DNA from: Deferribacterales bacterium
GTDB taxonomy: Bacteria > Chrysiogenota > Deferribacteres > Deferribacterales > Geovibrionaceae
Direction of reading: 5' to 3'
NCBI GenBank assembly: GCA_050253075.1
Contig: JBFWJS010000006.1
Coordinates: 96,001 to 160,000, forward strand
Length of the DNA: 64,000 nucleotides
Position 1 is the first letter of the stretch; every line of letters starts with the position of its first letter. Both the position numbers and the translations under genes were made by a program. A model generated the notes under the pieces. It saw nothing but the letters and a program-made list of their open reading frames with translations, did no database searches and had not been told where the DNA came from. This document shows positions 1 through 11,382 of this stretch, one piece after another.

Positions 1-101
1 GAAATAGTGTCGATGTTGTCCTGTTTACCGACAATCATTTCCGCAGTTTTAATAAGCTCTTTACCGAATGAGCCGTGTGTCACTAATATAATTCCGATCA
101 T
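1..101 (-). CDS. PTS EIIA component, mannose/fructose family (5' part, truncated by window start)
   Basis: Own translation from ATG at 101: MIGIILVTHGSFGKELIKTAEMIVGKQDNIDTI; THG phospho-His motif of EIIA-Man; follows rapZ as usual. Not in ORF track. Confidence 0.85.
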   Translation of the reverse strand, partial: MIGIILVTHGSFGKELIKTAEMIVGKQDNIDTI

Positions 102-105
102 CTGA

Positions 106-963
106 TCACCTGTCCAAGTCTCTGTGTCTTATATTTACCTTGTGATTAGTCTTACTTTCAAGGTATTTAGCAATAAATTCTACGTTTGCGACAGATCTGT
201 GCCTGCCGCCGGTGCAGCCAATGGAAACCGTGAGAAACTTTTTCCCTTCCCGTATGTAGTTAGGGACGAGGAATCCCAGCATCTCCTTGAGTTGTTTCAG
301 GAACTTTTTTGCCGCAGGGTCGGAAAAGACGTATTCTCTGACTGCTTCGTCCTTGCCCGTCATCTCCCTGAGCTCTTCGTTGAAATATGGATTTTTCAGA
401 AAGCGCACATCAAACACAAGGTCAGAATCGAGCGGTAGCCCGTACTTAAACCCAAAGGACTGAACAGTGATGACCATAGCATTACTATCGCCCTCTGCAA
501 AAGCCTCTTCCAGCCTGGCTTTCAGCTGGTGTACATTCAGCTTTGAAGTGTCTATGGCGAGGTCGGAAAGCTCTCTCACAGGGAGCAGAACATTAGCCTC
601 GTGCGCTATCGCTTCCATGAGGTTGTCCCCCATGGGGTGTTTTCTTCTTGTCTCTTTATATCTCTGGAGCAGGACATCCTCATCAGCATACATGAAGACT
701 ATCTTTGCCCCGTATTTCTCTTTCAGTGTTAACAGCTTATCATACATCACGTCTATGTCTTTGCTTCTGGCGTCTATGACGAGAGCGACATTGTGAAGGT
801 CGTTATCAAAGCTGATCATGATGTCTACGAGTTTATCGAGGAGCTTTAAGGGAAGGTTGTCTATGGTGTAGTAGCCGAGGTCTTCGATAGTTGACGCCGC
901 AACAGACTTCCCTGCACCGGAAAGCCCCGTGAGCACAACAAGTGATTTATCGAATCCTTTCAT
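106..963 (-). CDS. rapZ: RNase adapter RapZ/YvcJ P-loop protein
   Basis: GLSGAGKS Walker A, SFGFKYG, DVRFL.NP, GCTGGRHRSV motifs. Confidence 0.95.
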   Translation of the reverse strand: MKGFDKSLVVLTGLSGAGKSVAASTIEDLGYYTIDNLPLKLLDKLVDIMISFDNDLHNVALVIDARSKDIDVMYDKLLTLKEKYGAKIVFMYADEDVLLQRYKETRRKHPMGDNLMEAIAHEANVLLPVRELSDLAIDTSKLNVHQLKARLEEAFAEGDSNAMVITVQSFGFKYGLPLDSDLVFDVRFLKNPYFNEELREMTGKDEAVREYVFSDPAAKKFLKQLKEMLGFLVPNYIREGKKFLTVSIGCTGGRHRSVANVEFIAKYLESKTNHKVNIRHRDLDR

Positions 964-965
964 CG

Positions 966-1958
966 CTACTCCACGCTTTTACTGCGTAACTTTTTTTCTA
1001 TCTCTTTGTGTCTCTCTTTGGCTGCTTCCGGGTTTATGTTCATCAGCAGCTTTTCAGAGAATTCCTTTGCCGAGTCATAGCCCATTATCTTTAAAAGATG
1101 ATTTCTGGCAGCGACTTCCACTATTACCGCCATGTTTCTTCCGGCGCTGATAGGCAAAAGTATTTTCGGCACTTTGAGTGTTAATATCTCTTGGTATTTA
1201 TTATCAAGACCAAGTCTATCATAAGAAGCATCAGGATTCCAGTCTGTAAACTCCACGACGAGCTCAAGTTTTTTCCTCTGTCTGATGGCTGTCACGCCGA
1301 ACATATCTTTTATATTGATAATGCCCAGCCCTCTGACCTCCATATGGTGCGCCAGCATGTCGGAGCTGCGCCCTTCGAGGTATTCCTGAACCTTTCTAAA
1401 GAGGATGATATCATCCGCTACGAGCCTGTGTCCCCGCTTTATAAGCTCTACGGCACATTCGCTCTTTCCGATGCCGCTGCGCCCGGTGATGAGCACGCCC
1501 ACACCGAAAATATCCATGAAAACACCGTGACAGTTGGTCTCCGGTGCGAGATTTTCTTCTAGATATATCATTAAGCTCTGAATAGCTTCAGAGCTAGGTA
1601 AGTCTGTTTTTAAAAGGGGTACTCCCGCAATGCGCACGGCACTGAGGAGTTCTTTGGGAAGATGAAGATTTTTTGTGATAACAAAGCAGCATATCTCACG
1701 GTTGCATACGTGGGATATGGCCTTTTCCCTCTGTTCGGGAGTAAGTGTCCAGAGATAGGACAATTCAGTATTGCCCAGAACCTGAACCCTGCCCCCGTGT
1801 ATGTGGTCTGCGAAACCAGCAAGGGCGAGACCCGGCTTCTGAATTCGGTAGCTAGTGATATATCTGCCTTTCAGGTGTTGTTTACCGTAGACCAGCTTTA
1901 GCTTAAGGTGCTCGGCTTCTTCACCCAAAAGGTCTGAGACAGGCACTACCTTCTTCAT
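966..1958 (-). CDS. hprK: HPr kinase/phosphorylase
   Basis: HGVFMDIFGVGVLITGRSGIGKSECAVELIKRGHRLVADD, EVRGLGII. Confidence 0.96.
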   Translation of the reverse strand: MKKVVPVSDLLGEEAEHLKLKLVYGKQHLKGRYITSYRIQKPGLALAGFADHIHGGRVQVLGNTELSYLWTLTPEQREKAISHVCNREICCFVITKNLHLPKELLSAVRIAGVPLLKTDLPSSEAIQSLMIYLEENLAPETNCHGVFMDIFGVGVLITGRSGIGKSECAVELIKRGHRLVADDIILFRKVQEYLEGRSSDMLAHHMEVRGLGIINIKDMFGVTAIRQRKKLELVVEFTDWNPDASYDRLGLDNKYQEILTLKVPKILLPISAGRNMAVIVEVAARNHLLKIMGYDSAKEFSEKLLMNINPEAAKERHKEIEKKLRSKSVE

Positions 1959-2419
1959 CAGAGCTTGGCTTCCTCCTCTTTAAGGATGCTGCAGACATCA
2001 GATGATGTCACACCATCGGCGAGAACTTTGTTTTTGAAATCTGTGAGCTTCACCAGACGGCTTATGCGTGCCAGCGTTTTCAGGTGCAGGTTCATCTGTT
2101 TATCAGATGCCAGAAGCAGGAAAAACAGCTTAACGGGTTCTCCGTCTGCTGCTCCGAACTCCACTCCGTCCCTGTTAATGCCGACCAGTATCGTAAGGTC
2201 TGTGAGCTCTTTCATTTTTGCGTGAGGGATAGCGACCTGCTCTCCCACACCGGTACTGCCGAGCGACTCTCTCTCCACCAGGGCAGAGAGAGCGTCGTCG
2301 GAATTATTTACTATACCGTTTTTAACTAATACATCCGTCATCTCTTTCAGCACGCCTTGTTTGTCGGATGCGGAAAGAGTAACGATCGAATTCTCGTCTA
2401 TGTATTCAGTAAGTGCCAT
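1958..2419 (-). CDS. ptsN: PTS IIA-Ntr/Fru-type protein
   Basis: RESLGSTGVGEQVAIPHAK motif; rpoN operon context. Confidence 0.9.
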   Translation of the reverse strand: MALTEYIDENSIVTLSASDKQGVLKEMTDVLVKNGIVNNSDDALSALVERESLGSTGVGEQVAIPHAKMKELTDLTILVGINRDGVEFGAADGEPVKLFFLLLASDKQMNLHLKTLARISRLVKLTDFKNKVLADGVTSSDVCSILKEEEAKL

Positions 2420-2432
2420 TTACCAATGCCTC

Positions 2433-2966
2433 TTAGGACTCAATGAGTCCGATGTTTCCATCGTCACGCTGGTAAACGACAGCCACTTCGTTAGACTCAG
2501 AGTTTCTGAATACGAAGAAGGACTTGTTAAGAAGATCCATCTGCATAACAGCCTCTTCCGGGTCCATAGGCTTAACAGGGATATCCTTAGTGATGATAAC
2601 TCTTGTTTCGCTGTCTTCGACACTCTGAGAGTCGAGTACGTTCAGCTTAAGAGGTGTATCATACTCTTTGTCCTGAAGTTTTTTATCTTTCAGCTTCTCT
2701 TTGTATTTTACAAGCTGTTTCTCGATCTTGTCTGTTGCAAGGTCAATGGAAGCGTAAAGGTCCTCTGATTTCTCAAGTCCTTTCATGAAGACGCCTTTTG
2801 CTGAAAGAAGAACTTCGACGATATGGACATTTTTCTGTACTTCAAGGAGTACACTTGCCTCTGTTATATGGTCAAAGTATTTTTCCAGTTTGGAAACCTT
2901 CTTCTCTGCGTAATTTCTGATGGCATCTGTTAAGTCGATGTTTCTGGCAGTGATTTGAATGTTCAT
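2433..2966 (-). CDS. hpf: Ribosome hibernation promoting factor (long HPF)
   Basis: MNIQITARNIDLTDAIR, DLYASID, C-terminal KPMDPEEAVMQM domain. Confidence 0.95.
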   Translation of the reverse strand: MNIQITARNIDLTDAIRNYAEKKVSKLEKYFDHITEASVLLEVQKNVHIVEVLLSAKGVFMKGLEKSEDLYASIDLATDKIEKQLVKYKEKLKDKKLQDKEYDTPLKLNVLDSQSVEDSETRVIITKDIPVKPMDPEEAVMQMDLLNKSFFVFRNSESNEVAVVYQRDDGNIGLIES

Positions 2967-2968
2967 GC

Positions 2969-4399
2969 CTACCTCCTACTACGTTTCCGTTGTGATTTTG
3001 TGGGGATGTTCATCTCATCCCTGTATTTAGCCACGGTACGTCGGGCAATTTTTATCCCTTCTCCGTTCAAAAGTTCTACTATTTTCTGATCGCTATGTGG
3101 TTTTTCAGGATTCTCCGCATCTACAATAGACTTTATCATGCTTTTCACTTTCTGCGTAGACATGTCACCTTCGTCGGTGTCCAGACCTTTTACAAAGAAT
3201 GATTTAAGCTCGAAAAGCCCCTGCTCAGTCATCGCATATTTACCGGAAGTGACACGGCTGACGGTGGATTCGTGCAGACCTGTCTCCTCTGCGATATCTT
3301 TGAGCTTTAGCGGTTTAAGAAAATCGACACCCCTCTCTAGAAAATCAGATTGAACCTCTGTAAGTACCTTTACTACTTTATATATTGCTTTCTGACGTTT
3401 GTTAAGACTTTTAATGAGCCAGATAGCATTTTTTACCTTTTCTTCGATATACTCCTTTGTCCCGCCGTCTAATTCTTTGTTTTTCAGCAGGCTGAGATAG
3501 TAGCTGTTCATACGTAATGTAGGCATACCGTCTTCATTGAGTATAATATCGTACTCTCCGTCTTTTTTTACAATATATACGTCCGGAGTGACCGCATGAT
3601 TTGTATCACGTGAAAAGTTCAGCCCCGGCTTCGGGTCTGTCTTACGCATGAGAAAAAGCATGTAGTCAAATGTGTCGTCCTCAATGCTGAGGCTGGCTTT
3701 GATATCGTCGTAACGATAGGCGATGAGGTCTTTCTCGTGGTTTTCGAGAAGTTCCGCTATGAAGTCTATATACACCTGCTCCGCACCGAAAGATTTAAGC
3801 TGCACGGCGATACACTCACGCAGTGTTCTTGATGCTATCCCCGCAGGGTCGAATGTCTGTATCAGTTTAAGAGCTTCTTCTGCTGTTGCTTCGTCAACTC
3901 CTGCATAGTCGCATACCTCTTCTATCTCAAGGTCGAAATAACCTTCCTCTGAGAGGCTGCCTATGATGTATTCCCCTGCTCTGAGTATATCAGGCTCACA
4001 GCCGAGAACTTTTAGCTGGTAAAGAAGGTGTCCATAGAGGTTTTCGTGCCCGCTGACGAACTTCTCAAGGTCATAGCCCTCATCATCGCTGGGAGTATAG
4101 GATATCTCTCCTGAGTCTCTGTAGAGCTCCTCCCAATCGATCTTTTCAAGGTCTTCGCTTGAAACGTCATCTTTGGCATCTTTCTCTTCAGTTTCTTCTT
4201 TATTTTCCGTTTTCTCCTCGTCGGGCTGCTCTTCTGTTTCTTCCAGAACAGGGTTTTCGGCGAGGAATGTATTCAATTCCTGTAAAAGATCGGTCAGAGG
4301 CATCTGAAGGATAGAGAGAGACTGCTTCATCTGCGGTGTTATGTGCAGTTTCTGAGACAGTTTCCCGCTTATTTCCAGATTAAGTCTGCCGCTTTTCAC
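2969..4399 (-). CDS. rpoN: RNA polymerase sigma-54 factor
   Basis: HESTVSR HTH and RpoN box ARRTVAKYR. Confidence 0.97.
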   Translation of the reverse strand: MKSGRLNLEISGKLSQKLHITPQMKQSLSILQMPLTDLLQELNTFLAENPVLEETEEQPDEEKTENKEETEEKDAKDDVSSEDLEKIDWEELYRDSGEISYTPSDDEGYDLEKFVSGHENLYGHLLYQLKVLGCEPDILRAGEYIIGSLSEEGYFDLEIEEVCDYAGVDEATAEEALKLIQTFDPAGIASRTLRECIAVQLKSFGAEQVYIDFIAELLENHEKDLIAYRYDDIKASLSIEDDTFDYMLFLMRKTDPKPGLNFSRDTNHAVTPDVYIVKKDGEYDIILNEDGMPTLRMNSYYLSLLKNKELDGGTKEYIEEKVKNAIWLIKSLNKRQKAIYKVVKVLTEVQSDFLERGVDFLKPLKLKDIAEETGLHESTVSRVTSGKYAMTEQGLFELKSFFVKGLDTDEGDMSTQKVKSMIKSIVDAENPEKPHSDQKIVELLNGEGIKIARRTVAKYRDEMNIPTKSQRKRSRR

Positions 4400-5115
4400 A
4401 GTGTAAAATCCTTTCCTAAGTATCTGTCGATAACCTGATCATGCTTCACGATGTCCGAAGGATGCCCCTCGGTGAGCACATTACCGTCTGCGATGATGTA
4501 TGCTCTGTCGGTTATCTTGAGTGTTTCACGTACGTTGTGGTCTGTTATCAGTACGCCTATGCCCATGTCTCTCAGAGAGAATATCATATTCTGAATGTCG
4601 GATACGGATATAGGATCAATGCCTGAAAAAGGTTCGTCCAGAAGTATAACCTCGGGTTCGCCCGACATACATCTTGCTATCTCGACCCTTCTGCGCTCTC
4701 CGCCCGAAAGCGAATAGCCGAGAGACCTTGCCACCTTCTGCAGGTTAAAGTCTTCTATAAGACGCTCTGTGCGCTCTTTTATCAGGCTTTTGTCTCTGTA
4801 TTTCAGTTCAAGTGCTGCGTAGATATTGTCGTAAACTGACATTTTGCGAAAGACAGACGGTTCCTGCGGCAGGTATCCGATACCTCCGAGGCTGCGTTTG
4901 TGCATTGAGCTGTAGGTGATGTCTTCGCCGTTCAGGTGGACAGACCCGCCGTCAGGGCGCACCAGACCTACTATCATATAGAATGTTGTGGTTTTACCGG
5001 CACCGTTAGGGCCGAGAAGTCCTACAATTTCGCCCTTATCAACTCCGATACTGACGTTCTCGACGACAGTACGTTTTTTATATATTTTTACAAGCTGTTG
5101 AGCTCTAAGTGCCAA
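4396..5115 (-). CDS. lptB: LPS export ABC ATPase
   Basis: GPNGAGKTTTFY, YLPQEPSVFRK, LSGGERRRVEIAR, ITDHNVRETL; start trimmed to TTG at 5115 just after the lptA stop. Confidence 0.93.
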   Translation of the reverse strand: MALRAQQLVKIYKKRTVVENVSIGVDKGEIVGLLGPNGAGKTTTFYMIVGLVRPDGGSVHLNGEDITYSSMHKRSLGGIGYLPQEPSVFRKMSVYDNIYAALELKYRDKSLIKERTERLIEDFNLQKVARSLGYSLSGGERRRVEIARCMSGEPEVILLDEPFSGIDPISVSDIQNMIFSLRDMGIGVLITDHNVRETLKITDRAYIIADGNVLTEGHPSDIVKHDQVIDRYLGKDFTL

Positions 5116-5116
5116 G

Positions 5117-5623
5117 TTACTTATTCTCCTTCTGAGGGGTAATGATGATCTTAACTCTTTTATCGTCATCATTGCCTTTATCCACAAAGAGTTTTTCCGA
5201 ATCAAGGAAGAGCGTCACCTTATCACCTTCGAGATAATTGTCTTCCTGCCATACACGTGCGTTCTCTGTGAGAACGACCTTCTGCTCCTGCTGATATATT
5301 CTGGCAAAGCCGGATAAAGCGAGGAGTCCTTCTCTTTCTATCTTAACATCACCTTTGCTAAAAATCTCTTTCACTTCCTTTTCTTCGGTGAAATAGACCT
5401 CCATCTCTTTGGATGTCATCTTCAGGTCGCCTTTAATAACGACTACATTACCTGTAAAATGCGACATCTGCTTGTCGCCGTAATATTTCATGTTGTCCGC
5501 TTCTACCTGTATAGGCTCGTTTTTAGCCGCCTGCTGTTCCTCGGCAAAGGCCGCCGCAGAGCAGAGCACAAGCAGTGATATGATGCTAATCTTTATTAAA
5601 ATTGACTTTAACATTTCCGTCAA
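5117..5623 (-). CDS. lptA: LPS transport periplasmic protein
   Basis: Signal peptide, PIQVEAD..FTGNVVV OstA-type beta-jellyroll; between lptC and lptB. Confidence 0.88.
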   Translation of the reverse strand: MTEMLKSILIKISIISLLVLCSAAAFAEEQQAAKNEPIQVEADNMKYYGDKQMSHFTGNVVVIKGDLKMTSKEMEVYFTEEKEVKEIFSKGDVKIEREGLLALSGFARIYQQEQKVVLTENARVWQEDNYLEGDKVTLFLDSEKLFVDKGNDDDKRVKIIITPQKENK

Positions 5624-6125
5624 ACTCCAAAATATTCTTTTTATGATAAATCATTGCTTTATTTGATAAAATAGTACCTTCTTCACCTTTCACAAGGACA
5701 TTTCCTGTCATGATGCCCTCTTCCGTCGTAAAGTCGTAATCAAAAGTACCTTCATCACCTGTTTCGAATGCAAGTCCGTTAACAACCCCGTGGATCCTGC
5801 CGCTTGCTTTCATAAAGACCTCTTCCTTCAGCATACCTTTATCGGCATTGGCCGTGAGGTCTGTTTCACCCTTTTTATATACAAGGGAGAATCTGGTAAG
5901 GTCGGCAGTCTTATCATTTTTATTAAGCACGGCGATATCCGCATTCAGCTTATAAAAATTGTTCTGCTCGTCCACAACCTTAGCAAGCTCGAAATTATTT
6001 ATCTCTATCTCGTTCTTTTTGACGTTTATCTTGATCTGATTCTTCTCGCCGCCACGCAGCCCGAAGACCGCCAAAACAGCCAGAATGATGATCAGGATAA
6101 AAATTTGCTTTTTATATCTTCCCAT
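5586..6125 (-). CDS. lptC: LPS export protein LptC-like
   Basis: Single N-terminal TM, beta-rich domain ending F.GNV; position kdsC-X-lptA. Confidence 0.7.
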   Translation of the reverse strand: MGRYKKQIFILIIILAVLAVFGLRGGEKNQIKINVKKNEIEINNFELAKVVDEQNNFYKLNADIAVLNKNDKTADLTRFSLVYKKGETDLTANADKGMLKEEVFMKASGRIHGVVNGLAFETGDEGTFDYDFTTEEGIMTGNVLVKGEEGTILSNKAMIYHKKNILEFDGNVKVNFNKD

Positions 6126-6598
6126 TGGCCGTTTCTCTCGAGGATAGCCTCGATAAACTCTCTTACAGCTCCACGCCCGCCGCCTCTGACAGTCACATAG
6201 TCCACTATGCCCTTCATATAGTCAAAAGCGTCGGCAACAGTGGCGGAGAAGCCCACAGCCTTCAGAAGAGAGATGTCGTTAAGGTCGTCGCCCATGTATG
6301 CGACATTGGCATCGCTGATGCCCATCTCCTCTTTCAGCATGCGGTAGCATTCGAGCTTATCCTTTACCCCTGTATAAACTCGTCTGATACCCAGCTCTGC
6401 CGTACGCAGGTCTGTAACGATGGATTTACGGCCTGATATTATCACTATCTCTATGCCGCATTTCTGAGCCAGTTTTATCCCCAGCCCGTCCTTCACGTCA
6501 AAACGTTTGGTCTCGTGCCCGTTCTCATCATATATTATCCCGCCGTCGGTCATAACACCGTCTACGTCGAGTATGAGAACGCTGATTTTATCTTTCAA
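6092..6598 (-). CDS. kdsC: KDO 8-phosphate phosphatase (HAD)
   Basis: DVDGVMTDG, FDVKDGLGI, MGDDLND, GGRGAVRE. Confidence 0.95.
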   Translation of the reverse strand: MKDKISVLILDVDGVMTDGGIIYDENGHETKRFDVKDGLGIKLAQKCGIEIVIISGRKSIVTDLRTAELGIRRVYTGVKDKLECYRMLKEEMGISDANVAYMGDDLNDISLLKAVGFSATVADAFDYMKGIVDYVTVRGGGRGAVREFIEAILERNGQWEDIKSKFLS

Positions 6599-6602
6599 TA
6601 TA

Positions 6603-8216
6603 TCAGCCTTCTGTTTTGTCTTTGTTATAGTTGTAAGCCGCTTCTATAAAGCTCTTAAAGAGCGGATGCGGGAAGAACGGCTTAGACTTAAACTCAGGGT
6701 GGAACTGACATCCGAGGAACCATCTGTTAGATTTCAGCTCGAATATCTCTGCAAGCCCTCTCTCTTCATTGACACCGATAAGTGAGAGTCCGTTCGAAAC
6801 TATTGCATCTTTATATGCATTGTTGAACTCGAGTCTGTGTCTGTGACGCTCGGATATGTTTTTCTCGCCGTAAGCTCTGAAAGCTGTGCTGTCCTCGTCG
6901 AGAGTACAGTCGTAAGCACCGAGGCGCATTGTACCGCCCATCTGAGTGATGTTCTTCTGCTCGTTCATATAGTCGATCACAGGGTTCGTAGTAGTAGTAT
7001 CAAACTCTACACTGTGCGCATCTTCCAGCTTAAGAACGTTTCTGGCAAATTCTATCACGATACACTGAAGACCGAGGCAGATACCAAAGAGAGGTATGTC
7101 CTTAAGTCTTGCATAGTTGATAGCTCTGATCTTTCCTTCGATGCCTCTTTCGCCGAAACCGCCGGGGACGAGTATTCCGTCCACATCAGAGAATATCTCT
7201 TCCGGCTTTCCGCCGTTTTCGAGGTCTTCTGCATCTATACGCTTAACGTTGACTTTCACTTTATTAGCGATACCGCCGTGCATGAGAGCTTCATTAATAC
7301 TGATATATGCGTCTTTGAGGTCTACGTATTTACCGACGAGTCCGATAGTAACTTCGCCCTCAGGTTTTTTGATGCGGTGTACGATCTCTTCCCATTTGCT
7401 GATGTCTGAGACACGCTCATCCATTTTCAGCTTTTTCAGGACGAGGGCCGCAATCCCCTGCTCACGCATCATTATCGGCACTTCATAAATGGTCTTAGCA
7501 TCCAGACAGCTTATAACTGCTTCTTTTGAAACGTTACAGAAGAGAGCTATCTTCTTCTTCATGCTGTCGCCCAGAGGCATCTCCGAACGGCAGACGAGGA
7601 TATCCGGCTGGATACCGATCTCTCTAAGTGTCTTAACAGAGTGCTGTGTAGGCTTTGTTTTAAGCTCTCCCGCACTCTTGATGTATGGAACAAGTGTGAG
7701 GTGTATGTAGCACACATCCTCTTCTTCTATGTCGAATTTGATCTGTCTGATGGACTCGAGGAAAGGGAGTGACTCGATGTCGCCCACTGTTCCGCCGATC
7801 TCGATGAGAACTATGTCGTAGTTCTCTGCATCTTTAAAGATGTTCATCTTTATCTCGTCGGTGATGTGAGGGATAACCTGCACAGTACCGCCGAGGTAGT
7901 CTCCGTTACGCTCTTTATCGAGCACGGATTTATATATCTTTCCTGCTGTAATGTTGCTTACTTTCGATGTATTAGTGCTGAGATACCTTTCATAGTGACC
8001 AAGGTCGAGGTCGGTCTCTGCACCGTCTTCGGTAACAAATACTTCACCGTGCTGGAACGGGCTCATTGTTCCGGGATCCACGTTCAGATACGGATCGTAT
8101 TTTTTGATTGTTACCTTGTAACCTCTTGATTCAAGAAGCGCACCCACAGATGCCGCCGTAATACCTTTTCCGAGTGATGATAAAACTCCACCAGTGATAA
8201 AAACAAACTTTGCCAT
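6603..8216 (-). CDS. pyrG: CTP synthase
   Basis: [24 protein letters not shown]. Confidence 0.98.
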   Translation of the reverse strand: MAKFVFITGGVLSSLGKGITAASVGALLESRGYKVTIKKYDPYLNVDPGTMSPFQHGEVFVTEDGAETDLDLGHYERYLSTNTSKVSNITAGKIYKSVLDKERNGDYLGGTVQVIPHITDEIKMNIFKDAENYDIVLIEIGGTVGDIESLPFLESIRQIKFDIEEEDVCYIHLTLVPYIKSAGELKTKPTQHSVKTLREIGIQPDILVCRSEMPLGDSMKKKIALFCNVSKEAVISCLDAKTIYEVPIMMREQGIAALVLKKLKMDERVSDISKWEEIVHRIKKPEGEVTIGLVGKYVDLKDAYISINEALMHGGIANKVKVNVKRIDAEDLENGGKPEEIFSDVDGILVPGGFGERGIEGKIRAINYARLKDIPLFGICLGLQCIVIEFARNVLKLEDAHSVEFDTTTTNPVIDYMNEQKNITQMGGTMRLGAYDCTLDEDSTAFRAYGEKNISERHRHRLEFNNAYKDAIVSNGLSLIGVNEERGLAEIFELKSNRWFLGCQFHPEFKSKPFFPHPLFKSFIEAAYNYNKDKTEG

Positions 8217-8944
8217 CAGACCATCCCGTTTAAAATTTCTTCTGCTTTTTGTAAATCTTCTTCCGTATCGACTGATACGGGCTTGTATTCTGTTTCGATA
8301 ACTTTGATCTTAACTCCGCTTTCGAGTGCTCTCAGCTGTTCGAGCTTTTCTATCTGCTCCAGAGCCGAAGGCTCCATCTCGGCAAATTTAAGAAGCCACT
8401 CTTTGCGGTAACCGTAAATACCTATATGCTTGAAGTACTCCACCCCTGCAGCATTGTCCCTGTTGAAAGGTATCGCCGCACGGGAAAAGTAAAGAGCATT
8501 CCCATCAGAATCCTTCACGACCTTAACACTGTTCGGGTCGTTAACGTCCTCATCCTTGCCGAACCTGCACGCAGCAGTGACCATCATGACAGACGGGTTC
8601 TTCTCAAGGTCTGCTATCAGCATATCTATAAGCTCAGGGTCGATGAAAGGCTCATCACCCTGCACATTTATGATTATATCATCCATAATAAATTTTGCCA
8701 CAACGGCCACTCTGTCAGTGCCGGACTGCAGCTCGGGCGAAGACATAGTGGACTCCAGCCCGTCTAAACCTTCGCAAACTTCTAATATTTCTTTGGAATC
8801 TGTAGCCACGATTACTCTGTCCGCCTTCGATCTCATACATCTTTCAGCCACACGGAGTATCATAGGAACATCTTTTATCTTTCTTATAGGCTTGCCCGGA
8901 AGCCTCGTTGATGCGTATCTCGCAGGAATAACAACTATACTCAT
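8216..8944 (-). CDS. kdsB: CMP-KDO synthetase
   Basis: [39 protein letters not shown]. Confidence 0.96.
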   Translation of the reverse strand: MSIVVIPARYASTRLPGKPIRKIKDVPMILRVAERCMRSKADRVIVATDSKEILEVCEGLDGLESTMSSPELQSGTDRVAVVAKFIMDDIIINVQGDEPFIDPELIDMLIADLEKNPSVMMVTAACRFGKDEDVNDPNSVKVVKDSDGNALYFSRAAIPFNRDNAAGVEYFKHIGIYGYRKEWLLKFAEMEPSALEQIEKLEQLRALESGVKIKVIETEYKPVSVDTEEDLQKAEEILNGMV

Positions 8945-8951
8945 TTTGACT

Positions 8952-9293
8952 CTACCTCAATATCATGCTGACAGCCATCGCACAGGTTTTACTATGTGAG
9001 ATGCTGAGCTCGATATCCTCTCTCAACTCACCGCACAAATATACAACAGGTGCGCCTGCATTGTCATTCAGTATCTCAATTTCAGTGAAAGAAACTTGCC
9101 CGATCCCCGTCTTAAGGGACTTGGAGATTGATTCCTTTGCGGCGAATCTCCCCGCAAGAAATGTGATGCTGCTGCCTCTCTTTTCGTAAATGGCAATCTC
9201 ATTATCAGAAAGTATACGGCGGATAAAATTCTCACCGTGTCTATCGACAGCGTCTTGTATTCGGTCTATCTCGATTATATCACACCCGAGCAT
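8952..9293 (-). CDS. acpS: Holo-ACP synthase
   Basis: [22 protein letters not shown]. Confidence 0.94.
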   Translation of the reverse strand: MLGCDIIEIDRIQDAVDRHGENFIRRILSDNEIAIYEKRGSSITFLAGRFAAKESISKSLKTGIGQVSFTEIEILNDNAGAPVVYLCGELREDIELSISHSKTCAMAVSMILR

Positions 9294-10014
9294 CCATCAA
9301 TGCCCTGTGTATTATCTCTTTCATCTCTCTGACAGCCTGTTCCAGCCCTACGAATATAGCTCTGGCTATGATGGAGTGCCCGATGTTTACCTCGTGCATC
9401 CCCGGTATGCAGACTATCTCTGCTACGTTCTGATAGTTCAAACCGTGGCCTGAATTAAGTATGAGCCCCCTCTCACGGCATCTTTCGCCCGCAACGACTA
9501 TACGTGAGAGTTCCTCACGCTGCACTGCGCCTTTGTTATCCGCATAGGAGCCTGTGTGTATCTCAACGGCGTCTGCGCCGCTTTTCGCTGAGGCATCTAT
9601 CTGTGCATTATCCGCATCCACGAAAAGGCTGACGAATATGCCTGCTCCCTTCATGATCTTAACGGATTCTGCTATCTTTTCAAAATTACCTGCTACGTCC
9701 AGACCGCCTTCGGTGGTCAGCTCCTGCCTCTTTTCAGGCACGAGTGTCACCATGTCGGGCTTACGCTCCAGAGCTATCTGCACCATCTCTTCGGTGCATG
9801 CCATCTCAAGGTTCAGCCTTGTTTTAACAGTCTCTCTCAGTATGCGCAGGTCTCTGTCGTTTATGTGTCTTCTGTCTTCTCTCAGGTGGATGGTTATCTG
9901 GTCTGCTCCACCCAGCTCTGCAAGAACCGCAGCATGCACAGGGTCCGGCTCTGCGGCCAGTCTAGCCTGTCTGACAGTTGCGACATGATCAATATTCACC
10001 CCTAACCTAACCAT
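9280..10014 (-). CDS. pdxJ: Pyridoxine 5'-phosphate synthase
   Basis: [31 protein letters not shown]. Confidence 0.97.
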   Translation of the reverse strand: MVRLGVNIDHVATVRQARLAAEPDPVHAAVLAELGGADQITIHLREDRRHINDRDLRILRETVKTRLNLEMACTEEMVQIALERKPDMVTLVPEKRQELTTEGGLDVAGNFEKIAESVKIMKGAGIFVSLFVDADNAQIDASAKSGADAVEIHTGSYADNKGAVQREELSRIVVAGERCRERGLILNSGHGLNYQNVAEIVCIPGMHEVNIGHSIIARAIFVGLEQAVREMKEIIHRALMDARV

Positions 10015-10017
10015 ATC

Positions 10018-11382
10018 TTACGAACGCTCCTTGATCTCTTTTACTGCCAGAGAGCCTATGTTTTCGGCATACTCTGTTATCTTTGCGAGGTCTTCACCCT
10101 CTAGCATGACACGCAGCTTGTTCTCTGTCCCTGAATAGCGCACAAGCACCCTGCCCGTACCCTTCAGCTCAGCATTTACAGCCTGTATCTCCTTAGATGT
10201 AGCATCAAGATAATCAAGAGGTATCTTGCTCTCCACCTGAAAGTTCTTAAGAACCTGCGGATACAGTGTAATGAATTTTTTAAGCTCACTCAGAGGCTTA
10301 CCCGAGCGCACGATCACTTTCAAAAGCTGCATCGCACTGACGAGTCCGTCCCCTGTTGTATTATGATCGCTGAAAATGATATGACCCGACTGTTCACCGC
10401 CGAGGTTATATCCTTTGTCCAGCATCTCAGCCATTACATATCTGTCGCCTACGTCTGTGCGTACAAGTTTTACCCCTTCACGCTCCATAGACTTTTCAAA
10501 TCCGTAGTTACTCATCACAGTGCACACCATTGTGCTGTCGTTGAGTATCTTCTGCTCGTTCATATACTTAGCACAGATACCCATGATAATGTCTCCGTCG
10601 ACCTCGTCGCCCTTTTCATCGCAAAAGATTACTCTGTCGCCGTCGCCGTCAAAGGATATGCCGATGTCGGCTCCCTTCTCTTTCACCTTTGCACACATAG
10701 CCTGCGGATAAACAGAACCGCAGTCAGCGTTGATGTTTATACCGTTGGGCTCATTACCCATCACGTGCAGCTTCGCACCCAGCTCTTCGAATGCCATAGG
10801 AGCGACCTTATAGTTCGCACCGTTGGAGCAGTCCACCACAAGGCGCATACCGCTGAGGTCTATATCTTTATCAAATGTACTTTTGGAAAATTCCACGTAT
10901 CTGCCGATGGCAGTTTCTATTCTGTATGCCTTACCGATGCGGTCGGTGGATATAGGTATCTCACCGTTCTGTATCATCTCGTCGGTTGTCTGCTCGATAG
11001 CTTTTTCGACATCGTCGGGCAGCTTGTATCCGTCACCGGAGAAGAATTTGATACCGTTGTCATAGTATGGATTGTGCGATGCTGATATCACTACCCCCGC
11101 CTCTGCACGCAGAGAACGTGTGATGAATGATATCGCAGGTGTAGGGAGAACCCCCACAAGCACGGCATCAAGCCCCATGGATGTTATCCCAGCCACAAGG
11201 GCGTTTTCAAACATATATCCGGAGATTCTGGTATCCTTGCCTATTACAATTTTATGTATCTTTTTATTGCTGTTGGAGAAATGCTTTGCAACCGCCTGAC
11301 CCAGACGAAGTGCAAAGGTCGCTGTCATAGGGAATTCATTGGCTTTGCCTCGGACTCCGTCAGTCCCGAAGTACTTCCTCAT
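10018..11382 (-). CDS. glmM: Phosphoglucosamine mutase
   Basis: FGTDGVRG, ISASHNP, DGDGDR, GGEQSGH, RYSGTE. Confidence 0.97.
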   Translation of the reverse strand: MRKYFGTDGVRGKANEFPMTATFALRLGQAVAKHFSNSNKKIHKIVIGKDTRISGYMFENALVAGITSMGLDAVLVGVLPTPAISFITRSLRAEAGVVISASHNPYYDNGIKFFSGDGYKLPDDVEKAIEQTTDEMIQNGEIPISTDRIGKAYRIETAIGRYVEFSKSTFDKDIDLSGMRLVVDCSNGANYKVAPMAFEELGAKLHVMGNEPNGININADCGSVYPQAMCAKVKEKGADIGISFDGDGDRVIFCDEKGDEVDGDIIMGICAKYMNEQKILNDSTMVCTVMSNYGFEKSMEREGVKLVRTDVGDRYVMAEMLDKGYNLGGEQSGHIIFSDHNTTGDGLVSAMQLLKVIVRSGKPLSELKKFITLYPQVLKNFQVESKIPLDYLDATSKEIQAVNAELKGTGRVLVRYSGTENKLRVMLEGEDLAKITEYAENIGSLAVKEIKERS

